A stretch of DNA of 64,000 bases. It comes from Eledone cirrhosa. Its lineage: Eukaryota. The translations under genes were made by a program, and so were the position numbers. This document shows, piece after piece, positions 53,720-64,000 of this stretch (the stretch's first letter is position 1; each line of letters opens with the position of its first letter). A model generated the notes under the pieces. It did not search any database. It saw only the letters and a list, made by a program, of their open reading frames with translations, and had not been told where the DNA came from. The stretch is from positions 558,001 through 622,000 of the forward strand of contig OZ024741.1 in the NCBI GenBank assembly GCA_964016885.1, given 5' to 3'.

Positions 53720-54660
53720 AAGTGAGTCCTTCATCAGTGACCCTCCAACCGTCCCAGGCATTTCATCGCTTTAAGGCCATATACCTCAGGTTGGTGCGAA
53801 CAACGGCTAAAAAAAGTCGTTGGGACACGTAAATAAAGAGAACGTTAGTTCACCCTAACGTTCTCTTTATTTACGTGTCCCAACGACTTTTTTTAGCCGT
53901 TGTTCGCACCAACCTGAGGTATATGGCCCTTAAAGCGATGAAATGCCTGGGACGGTTGGAGGGTTACTGATGAAGGACTCACTTTTTCATATGTATCCCA
54001 TTTGCAACGCCGCAGCTCCATTATTATCATATTTACACATATATTTTTTCCTCTGCTGCCACCCGTCTGTTTCTTTCCTTGTATCTTTACCCTTTCTAGC
54101 AGTCTCTCTCTCTGTTAGCCTCTTCCTCAACCTTCACTCACTCATACCCTGTCACTGCCTCTCCTCCTCCTCTCCTCTTTCTTCCCGCTTGACCTGTCCG
54201 ATTTCTTTTCTCGCGCACTCTTGGCCAAGCCGGTATGAAATTTTTTTTCTCTCTCTCTCTCGTCTGCGTCTTCACAGAACTTATGTTTACCGAATTCGCA
54301 GACCAGACCCCTTCTTCTTCCCCCCGTTAGACCTGTGCGAAATTCCTTCCTTGCTCACATTTCAACCAGGTTTGATGGTCTTTATTCTCTAGTTCACGAT
54401 TTTATCGAGTTTATATTCATAGAAATCTGGGACTTGTCTCTTTCTTCTCACTTTCTGTTGCTTAAACCATTTTGTTTGTTCACCCTAACGTTCTCTTTAT
54501 TTACGTGTCCCAACGACTTTTTTTAGCCGTTGTTCGCACCAACCTGAGGTATATGGCCCTTAAAGCGATGAAATGCCTGGGACGGTTGGAGGGTCACTGA
54601 TGAAGGACTCACTTTTTCATATGTATCCCATTTGCAACGCCGCAGCTCCATTATTATCAT
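53712..54660 (+). mobile_element. Non-coding element with a 137-bp inverted arm and 183-bp direct repeats (Penelope pLTR/retrozyme-like architecture)
   Basis: Hairpin 53712-53848 / 53855-53992; direct repeats 53848-54030 and 54478-54660; inserted in (TA)n. Confidence 0.8.
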
Positions 54661-54664
54661 AATA

Positions 54665-54850
54665 AGGGCGGTGGATTGGCAGTATCGGTAGAGGGTCGGA
54701 CGCCATGCTCTCCAGCATAGTTACGTCCCTTTACGATCTGAGTTCAAATCCCGCCGAGGTTGACTTTGCCTTTCATCCTTATGGGGTCGATAAAATAAAG
54801 TACCAGTAATGCACTGGGTAATTGCTGGCCTTGTGCCTAAAGTAGAAACA
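54665..54850 (+). mobile_element. tRNA-derived SINE, full length
   Basis: A-box-like tggcagtatcgg and B box gagttcaaatcc; attattatcata duplicated at 54650 and 54851. Confidence 0.85.
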
Positions 54851-54859
54851 ATTATTATC

Positions 54860-54905
<46 letters not shown>

Positions 54906-56246
54906 GTTTATCTAGTCCTTCGCTCAAGATTAATCTATAAGTTTAGATGTCTGCCTTCGTTTAAGTAAATATTACAGTAAGATTTTTAATATAAACAACT
55001 ACAAAAAACAATTAATATTAAAACGAAAAAATTATCAATGATAAAAGAAGCGGATGCAACTTTTTTTTTTATAAAGTTATATTCCTGTTTCTTTAAAGAA
55101 CATTTCATTTTTGTTCTATTGTAAGCGAAATAATGCAATGGTTTAATAGGGAAGATATAACTTACGAATTATGTCTCTAACCGTGTAACGCTTTTTAAGT
55201 AGATAACTACAATTGAAAATACTAAAGAAATGGAACCAACAATTCAATTTGAAAGTCGTCTACTTATAGTGACAGTGTATTACTGGTACTTTATTTTATC
55301 GACCCCGTAACGATGAAAGGCAAAAATGCAAATGCTTAAAATTTAAATTGCCTTAATTCTATCGTCTGCTGTTTCATTAAAGGGAGATTCTCGTCTGTAT
55401 TTAATTCTATCGTCTACTGTTCCACTAAACAGATATACCTCCACTATCGTCTCTATTTATACATTTTAACTTATAACTTATACACATTTGATTTGAAATA
55501 TTTTATCTAGTCCCCCCTCTCAATATTATGATGATTTCTTTCGAATGAAACAGTTCTAGTCCTGTAGAAGCCATTTATATATATAATTGAACTGAGTTAA
55601 AAATTCACAATATTTATAATTAAATAAGCTCATATATATATGTGTGTATTTATCTGTTTATTGTATTATATATAATGTGTGTATATACAGGATGTCCCCC
55701 AAAAATATATACACACTTCAACAGCATTCTAATAACTATTGCCTGTACAGGTAATCAAAGTGTCAATCGAATGTTAGTTTCGTGTTTTAACAGTACAAAT
55801 TTACAATACACACATAACACACATAAAACCAGTGTATATACATACATGAGTGTGTATACACATACATGAATGTGTATATACAATATATATGTATATATAT
55901 ATAGACACATATATTCACGGTGCAACGGAACATTAAAATATAGATGCGGGAGGGGGTGTGTGTATATATAGCGGCGCTGGGGATAAAGGAGTGTAAAGCG
56001 TGTGTAATTGATATATTGAAGGAGAGGAGCGTGCAGCGATAGAGTAACAAATATATAGAGAGGGAGAGAGATGGTATTGAAGGGGAGGAGTGCAAAGAGT
56101 AAGAGAGATATATATAGAGACGGAACAGATAGAGAGAAACAGGCGTAAGTAACAGTGGAAGAGATATATAGAGAGGGGGAAATGTGTTATTGAAGGGGAG
56201 GAGTGTAAAGCGAAAGCGTAAGATATATATATAGAGAGGGGGAATA

Positions 56247-56286
<40 letters not shown>

Positions 56287-56720
56287 ACACTTACTCTGAT
56301 TGGTTGAAAATTAGCCAATGACATACGATCACCACCACCACGGCTATCCCCGAAAAATTTATGAAGAAGTTAGGCATATATGTTAGAACACGAAAAGTGA
56401 ACATTCTGTTGTTTCACACTTTTCGTGTTCTAACAGATAATATGAGAAATTAAACATTGTTCAATAATGACCATATGTTTAGTTTAGAAACTTGAGATCA
56501 ATATACCAAAATCTGAGTTCAAAATGTACCCTTGGTATAGAGATTAGTATTTTATACAAAGACACATGTATATATACATACATATAGATACGCACGTCCT
56601 GAAAATAGAAATTATGTTTACTCAAGCCAACAATATAGCCATACAAAACGTAAATAATTTCTCTTAATCACTGCTATACACTCATTGTGTTATATATATG
56701 TATATATATATATATGTATG

Positions 56721-56755
<35 letters not shown>

Positions 56756-56928
56756 ATATATATGTATGTGTATATATATATGTATGTATATATATATAAG
56801 AACAAATATATTGATTTAAAACCGAACTATCCACAAGTGTTTTTTATATATATATATAAGAACAAATATGTTGATTTAAAACCGAACTATCCACAAGTGT
56901 GTTTTAACCTTCATATCATGTCTTCCTG

Positions 56929-56995
56929 TTTTATCTGATGAAAACACAAATATTATTGCATGATGATATTTGTTTTTGAAATGGGCATAATAAAA
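56929..56995 (+). ncRNA. Minimal type I hammerhead (H3-like)
   Basis: uuuuau-CUGAUGA-aaac acaaauauuau...augauauuugu uuuu-GAAA-u gggc a-UA|auaaaa. Confidence 0.72.
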
Positions 56996-57249
56996 TACAT
57001 GGAACTCTTTTAACCATCTTTTGTTCTTATATATTATGTATACTCCAGTCCTACAAACTGTAGAGTGCTTCTTATCCGATATCTGCATTGCTTTATTGTA
57101 CTACAATAAAACTCACCTCCTACAATATATATGTGTGTATATATGTATGTATGTATATATGTATATATATATGTATATATATATGTATGTATATATATAT
57201 GTATATATATATGTATGTATATATATATATATGTATATATATATGTATG

Positions 57250-57340
<91 letters not shown>

Positions 57341-57417
57341 ATATATATATATATATGTATGTATATATATATATGTATGTATATATATATATATATGTAT
57401 GTATATATATATGTATG

Positions 57418-57450
<33 letters not shown>

Positions 57451-57605
57451 GTATGTATATATATATATATATGTATGTATATATATATGTATGTATATAT
57501 ATATATATATATGTATGTATATATATATATATATGTATGTATATATATATATATATGTATGTATATATATATATATATGTATGTATATATATATATATAT
57601 GTATG

Positions 57606-57636
<31 letters not shown>

Positions 57637-57671
57637 GTATGTATATGTATATATATATATGTATGTATATG

Positions 57672-57702
<31 letters not shown>

Positions 57703-57839
57703 ATGTATATATATATGTATGTATATGTATATATATATATATGTATGTATATGTATATATATATATATGTATGTATATGTATATATATATATATATGTAT
57801 GTATATGTATATATATATATATATATATGTATGTATATG

Positions 57840-57870
<31 letters not shown>

Positions 57871-57965
57871 ATGTGTATATATATATATGTATGTATATGT
57901 ATATATATATGTATGTATATGTATATATATATGTATGTATATGTATATATATATATATATATATG

Positions 57966-58034
<69 letters not shown>

Positions 58035-58067
58035 ATGTATATATATATATATATATGTATGTATATG

Positions 58068-58099
<32 letters not shown>

Positions 58100-58143
58100 T
58101 ATATATATATATATGCATATATATATATATGTATATATGTATG

Positions 58144-58177
<34 letters not shown>

Positions 58178-58231
58178 TATGTATATGTATGTATATATAT
58201 ATATATATGTATATATATATGTATATGTATG

Positions 58232-58265
<34 letters not shown>

Positions 58266-58289
58266 TATATACATACCTATTATATCGGA

Positions 58290-59285
58290 TTATACATACG
58301 TATTATATCGGATCTACCACCACATCGTTTAAATCTCGCTGGTACCGTCATCGATTCTCAATCAAACATCCGAATCACCGTTTTGTGACCACGCTCGCCA
58401 ACAAGACCTGGCAACTCCGTGAACACAACCAACAGTTCACCTTAAAATGGGATATACTTTCCAGCGCAAGTGCATATCGGAGTGGATTGAAGTACTGCAG
58501 GTTATGTAACCTTGAGCTATTTTATATATTAAAATCCCAAAACAAACTACTTAACGATAGAATTGAACGATCATTATACTGCAACCACAAACTAAAAGCT
58601 AAATTCTCTCACTATAAAATAACTTAACATTCGAACCCGTAACTATAACACCACTTTCTAGCTAACAACCTTCTCTTCCCCCCACACTACAAGACAATAC
58701 ACTGCTTATCACTATACATGGTAACTCAGTGCAATTCCTAGATTACTACTACAAACCCAAAGTTCACTCACCACACATACTTTGTCTGTCCCCTCTCTAC
58801 CTATCTCTCTCTACATCCATTACACTCTTTCTCTCTCTCACCTTTGACCTACCTCCCTCTCAACATCTATGAACCTGCCCTCTGGGGCAATAAATAATTC
58901 CGACCTTAACTATCAACGCATCTCTCCAAAAGTAACCAGTATAATAAAACCCCTACCATAACATTTTGATTAAGATATCTACAAGCCACTCTCTCCTACT
59001 TCTCCAACCCCTGCATATCTTTCTTTCTCTCTCCCTCTTCCCTACTTTTCTCTCTTCCTGTTCTACTCTATCTTCCCCAACAACCCCACTTAAGGGTATT
59101 TACATTGTACATTTACCATTCTGCTCTGAGGAAACAGTGGTCATAGCATTGGATATTTGAGTTCTGCAAGTACTTGTGAATTTGCACGTAGCGGAACTAG
59201 GCTGCAGTACCACCGTGGAAACACTTGTAAGCACACGGAATAAATTACCTTTTTATGATGTCTACCTGTTATTATTCATTCTTTA
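58290..59285 (+). mobile_element. Penelope-like element 3' fragment: C-terminal GIY-YIG endonuclease, 3' UTR and hammerhead
   Basis: YYIGST..FKSR...H...LKWDIL...CRLCNLE..I...LLNDR.E...CNH, stop at 58627; hammerhead at 59122-59233 followed by aataaa. Confidence 0.85.
59122..59233 (+). ncRNA. Type I hammerhead (family H6) in the Penelope-like 3' region
   Basis: ugcu-CUGAGGA-a ac a guggu...accac c gu g-GAAA-c acuu g-UA|agca. Confidence 0.7.
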
Positions 59286-59329
59286 TATATATATATGTAT
59301 GTATATATATGTATATATATGTATATATA

Positions 59330-61222
59330 TGGGGCTGTTCCGAAGGACTGGCGTAGCAGCAGCATCGTTAACTGTTATAAGGGTAAAGGAGATGCCCTAG
59401 ATAGGAGTAACTATAGAGGCATTAAATTAATCGACCAGGTCATGAAGGTCACGGAAAAAGTAATAGCGCAACTAATCAGAGAGCGAATTGATCTAGATGA
59501 AATGCAGTTCGGGTTTGTGTCAGGAAAAAGTACCACAAACGCTCTTTTCATTGTACGACAACTACAGGAGAAGTACCTAGCTAAAAGTAAACCCCTATAC
59601 TTAGCTTTCGTCGACTTGGAGAAAGCCTTCGACATAGTCCCCCGTTCCATTATCTGGTGGGCTCTTAGAAAACTAGGTGTTGATGAATGGCTTGTGAGAG
59701 CTATACAAGCCATGTATAAAGAAACAGTCAGCAAGGTTAGAATTAACAACGAATATAGTAAAGAGTTTAGTGTAAAAGTTGGTGTTCATCAGGGCTCTGT
59801 TCTTAGCCCCCTACTATTTATTATTGCCCTCCAGGCTATAACAGTGGAGTTCAAGACCGGCTGCCCATGGGAACTCCTATACGCAGATGATCTAACGCTC
59901 ATAGCTGAAACAATGGCCGAGCTAGAGAATAAATTCCAAACATGGAAGCACGGCCTAGAATCAAAAGGCCTTAAAATTAACCTGGCTAAGACTAAAGTTC
60001 TAGTTTGTAAGAAAGAAAATAAGGCGGCGGTCCCCTCCGGGAAGTGGCCATGCTCAAAGTGTAGGAAAGGCGTAGGTAGAAACTCCATTTTGTGTCCCAA
60101 ATGCAAAGTTTGGGTGCATAAAAGATGTAGTGGGATCACAGGTAAGCTAACTAAGAACATAGATTTTACATGTGGCCGGTGTTCTGGGGGCAATAAGTAG
60201 CAGCAAGTGCCCAAAAAATACTAGCTCTTTCAACTGCGCAGATGGTTCTATAGAAATAGTGGACAGCTTCCGTTACCTGGGTGACAAAATCAGCAGTGGG
60301 GGAGGGTGCTCTGAAAGTACAGTAGCTAGAGTCAGAACTGGGTGGAAAAAGTTCAGAGAGCTCATACCACTATTAGCCGCTAAAGGGTTCTCCCTAAAAA
60401 TGAAAGGCAGGTTGTACGATGCCTGCATACGAACAGCAATGTTGCATGGCAGTGAGACCTGGGCATTGTGTGCAGAGGATATACGCAGACTAGAGAGAAA
60501 CGAAGCTTGCATGCTCCGCTGGATGTGTAATAGTAATATACGTGAACGGCAAAGCATAAACGAACTAAGGAAAAAATTAGAAATAAGAGGGATCAGATGT
60601 TGTTTACTCGAGAGAAGGCTACGTTGGTATGGTCACGTGATGCGCATGAAGGACGATAGCTGTATAACAAAGTGCAGGGCAATAAAGATAGACGGTAGCC
60701 ACGGAATAGGCAGACCCAGAAAAACCTGAGACGAGCTGATAAATTCCGACCTCACACACTTACACCTCACCAAGACAATGTCACTGGACCGAGACCTTTG
60801 GCGGTACTCAGTAATAGAGAAGACCCGCCTTACCTAAATACAAAGTAAAACCTACTCCAGTCAGTAGGCATCTCTAACAAAATACACCCCCGTCCCACCA
60901 CCCCCACCCCATCCACACCGCCCCTTTCAATGTAAAGTTATGTTGGTGCCACAACATCCAGGCCGAAACAAATGAGATCGTGTAGGTGTCACATCAAAAA
61001 AACACACAGTTCACGCTGTAATGTGGCCGTGTAGGCAACACGGTAAAAACCTCCCAGACCCACACTGTAAATGTGGTTGGTGTTAGGAAGGGCATTCAAT
61101 TGTAGAAAACCTGCCAGACAGTCCTATGGGAGCAAGACAATCACTCTTGCCTCAAGTGGGAAAACCCCCGTCCAAACCCATGCAAGCGTGGAACACGGAC
61201 GTTAAACGTTGATGATGATGAT
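59330..61222 (+). mobile_element. RTE LINE, 5'-truncated
   Basis: RT motifs in 59330-60200, one frameshift near 60190, PHD-like finger, 3' UTR and (GAT)n tail. Confidence 0.93.
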
Positions 61223-61335
61223 ATATATATATGTATACATATATGTATGTATATGTATATATATATATGTATGTATATGTATATATATATGTATGTATAT
61301 GTATATATATATGTATATGTATATATATGTATGTA

Positions 61336-62075
61336 TCATAATCTATAAAGCTCAGTGTGTGGTCATGCTCCTTCGTTATAGAAATCTACGATATAGAATT
61401 TCTTCAATTGAAATTTACAAATCAGTAATCGAAATAGTTTCGATTGCGTCTTGACGCAGATAATTTTTTCAATTTCACCCACAATTACGCAAAAAATAGA
61501 TAAAACTCAATATTTTACGATTTTTCTCTCTCATTTAAACTGCTGAACTCTTTCTACTACCATTCAAAATCTATACAACTTCATACTTTCTGCTACTTTC
61601 TCTTTCCAAGCTTGATGGTGATACTGTCCGTTCACACCACTCCCTACTGTCTTAAATTTAGAAAACACATATCCTCTATGAGGTTACTAAACCTGCTAGA
61701 AACAGCAGCTAACTCTCCCCCATATCACACCACTCCCTACTGTCTTAAATTTAGAAAACACATATCCTCTATGAGGTCACTAAACCTGCTAGAAACAACA
61801 GCTAACTCTCCCTCATATCACAACCCTCCCTACTGTCTTAAATTTAGAAAACACACAGACAACCATGCAGAACAACTCCATCGCAGCACTTTTTTGCACA
61901 GAGATAATATCCATAGGCGAAACTATAATTGTCACTGCTGGCGCAGCTCCTGCTTCCAGGTCTGCAATTCATTCACCCAGTGCCTGGCAGACAAAAAAGT
62001 GCTGCCATAAAATGGGTGGTGCAACCTAATTTTGGTAACTTAATGACCCCGAGCAACGCCGGGCTTTAATGCTAG
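61336..62075 (+). mobile_element. Non-autonomous Helitron containing a 93-bp tandem repeat (61633-61857)
   Basis: 5' TCATAATCTATAAAG; 3' cccgagcaacgccggg...CTAG|T; 5' part homologous to 23853-24050. Confidence 0.82.
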
Positions 62076-62223
62076 TGTATATATATATGTATGTATGTAT
62101 ATATGTATGTATATGTATGTATATATATATGTATATATATATATGTATATATATGTATGTATGTATATGTATGTATATATATGTATATATATGTATGTAT
62201 GTATATGTATGTATATATATATG

Positions 62224-62261
<38 letters not shown>

Positions 62262-62273
62262 TATGTATGTATA

Positions 62274-62650
62274 TGACACACGACCGTGACTTCTGGCGTC
62301 ACGCAGTAATACAGGGTACCCGACCTCCCATGGGTACATGCTGAAGCATATAAACAATATGCCCCCCCCCCCCCCCACCGCAAGGTGGTCGTGGAGGTGC
62401 CACGGCAAAAAAGCACCCAGCCCACACTGTAAAGTGGACGTGTAGGCGCCACGAAAAAGCACCCAGCACTCACTGTAAATGAGGTTGGTGTTAGGAAGGG
62501 CATCCAGCTGTAGAAATCAAGCCAGATCAGTTCCTGTATGAGCAAGGCATGGTCAGCCGACCAGACACTGCCCACAACAGGACAACCCGTCTAACCCATG
62601 CTAGCGTGGAAGAACGGACGTAAAACGGTGATGATGATGATGATGATGAT
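62274..62650 (+). mobile_element. RTE family B 3' end
   Basis: Matches 33269-33640. Confidence 0.9.
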
Positions 62651-62656
62651 GTATGT

Positions 62657-62729
<73 letters not shown>

Positions 62730-62880
62730 TATGTATGTATATATATATATGTATATATATATATGTATGTATATATATATATGTATGTATATATATATGT
62801 ATGTATATATATATGTATGTATATATATATGTATGTATGTATATATATATGTATGTATATATATATGTATGTATATATAT

Positions 62881-63491
62881 GTCAGGTCACCAGTTGGTGC
62901 TACTGGTAACATGTATCCCAGTACAACCTGTCTCATGGTCGGGTCGTTGGCGACTAAACTGGCAACCCCACCAAGGTTTCTTGGTGAGGAGGGTGACTTT
63001 GGACATCCTGCAGGACTAAAAACAAAACCTGTCAAAGGGCAAAGGAGCTCTTAAGAGTCAATGGCCATCCAAAATCACCGGGAGAGATGACCCCTTAGCC
63101 TTTGTCAAGGCAGAATTCTAGGAGAAGGAAAACTCTGATATAACACCTGCAACCCTGATGGTATCCAATGATGTTGACTTGTTCTTCTTTTTGGTAAATA
63201 TCATCTTGGTTAAGAGAGTGGGACTGGCTTTGTGCAGTGCCTTTGCTCACTATAAAAGCTTCACGGCACAGGCATTGCTTTATATCTGGAGATCTCTCTG
63301 CACTTGTCGTCACATGGTACCATGGGCCCTGCACTATGTGTCAGTAATTGTCACAAGTGTAGTGTTTGTACCAGAGTTTTCAAGTCGCTGGCTGGACTAA
63401 AAAGTCACACTCGTTCAGCGCATCGGTAGGGGTTCTCCTACATGGATATAAAGTAGTGGCCGTACTCGAAAACGAGTTGGCAGCCACCATG
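62881..63491 (+). mobile_element. Internally deleted RTE-like element (5' UTR joined to a C-terminal C2H2 finger and 3' UTR)
   Basis: ctaggagaaggaaaactctga 5'-UTR motif near 63117; CSVCTRVFKSLAGLKSHTRSAH* near 63358-63429; (TA)n on both sides. Confidence 0.6.
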
Positions 63492-63517
63492 TATATATAT
63501 ATGTATGTATATATATC

Positions 63518-63906
63518 GCACACGAGAAAGTAAAGCGGGACGTGAGGAAGGGTATTGCTGTTGCACTTCCAGACGGCGAGGGTCCTCCTATGTTTCTGAC
63601 ATGCAGCGTCTGTGCGAGACTCTGCCTAAGCAAAGCTGGACTCGAAAGTCATCTTCGCAGTCATAAAGTAAGACCAGTGGTTGACTACCAGGCTGCTGTT
63701 GGAGATGCTACTCATCATGCTTGCCAAACATGTGGTAGAGAATGTAAATCAGCAGGAGGACTCAAGCGACATGCAAAAGTACACGAACTCCAACCACAGC
63801 CGACTATTCCCAGTAAATGTTTTGGTTGCCGACTCTGTGCAAGACATTTTGGATCATTGGCTGGGCTAAAAAGCCACATTCGATCGCAGCACTGTTAGTT
63901 GCTATC

Positions 63907-63910
<4 letters not shown>
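63518..63910 (+). mobile_element. LINE (RTE-like) 3' end with three C2H2 zinc fingers
   Basis: CSVCARLCLSKAGLESHLRSH, CQTCGRECKSAGGLKRHAKVH and CRLCARHFGSLAGLKSHIRSQH; begins abruptly in (TA)n; GL.SH motif typical of RTE C-termini. Confidence 0.6.
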
Positions 63911-63944
<34 letters not shown>

Positions 63945-64000
63945 GCTTATGTGCGTGCGTGTGTGTGTATATATATATGAATATGTATATTATTATTGTT

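Larger units (their letters stand above)
49761..56439 (-). repeat. Right arm of the inverted segmental duplication, with extra blocks at ~51713-53561 and ~53712-54860
   Basis: 49764-51712 matches 13153-15140; 53562-53688 matches 13069-13152; 54862-56439 matches 11611-13068 (all reverse complement). Confidence 0.92.

Noticed and set aside
58290-58627. Selenoprotein-encoding Naiad-type PLE
   Set aside because: The fragment has no in-frame TGA and I identified no SECIS element.
62881-62970. HDV-like ribozyme at the RTE 5' end (ccagt...ggg tcg ttgg cga CTAA actgg)
   Set aside because: P2, P4 and J4/2 look plausible, but I could not build P1 or a canonical P3/L3; it needs a consensus sequence to test.

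Overview
This is eukaryotic, not prokaryotic, DNA: AT-rich, repeat-saturated and full of (TA)n/(TATG)n arrays. The repeat landscape resembles a cephalopod (Octopus-like) genome, which is an inference. One host gene is supported: the last five coding exons of an ADAM17/TACE-like gene on + (9298-9413, 15164-15242, 27737-27825, 30733-30786, 30930-31058), with GT-AG junctions and consistent phases. The rest is mostly mobile DNA: many RTE LINE copies whose RT carries a PHD-like finger, a CR1/L2-group LINE with an uninterrupted EN-RT frame, a CRE-clade RLE fragment, a Penelope-like GIY-YIG fragment, a DD37D (maT) mariner, a decayed Rep-Hel Helitron plus non-autonomous Helitrons, a piggyBac derivative, SINEs and minisatellites. 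The main observations are: (1) about 14 minimal type I hammerhead ribozyme motifs from at least six sequence families, in small Penelope/retrozyme-like modules mostly sitting in or next to (TA)n tracts, including a U3-A8 core variant and one copy whose repeat boundary falls at the predicted cleavage site; (2) a ~3.5 kb inverted segmental duplication (11611-15140 vs 49761-56439) bracketing the stalk/TM/tail exons of ADAM17; (3) a 22-bp satellite hit by two Helitrons at the same register and by a piggyBac; (4) a retrozyme-like element with no recognisable hammerhead. All structures were folded and aligned by eye; no database searches were run.
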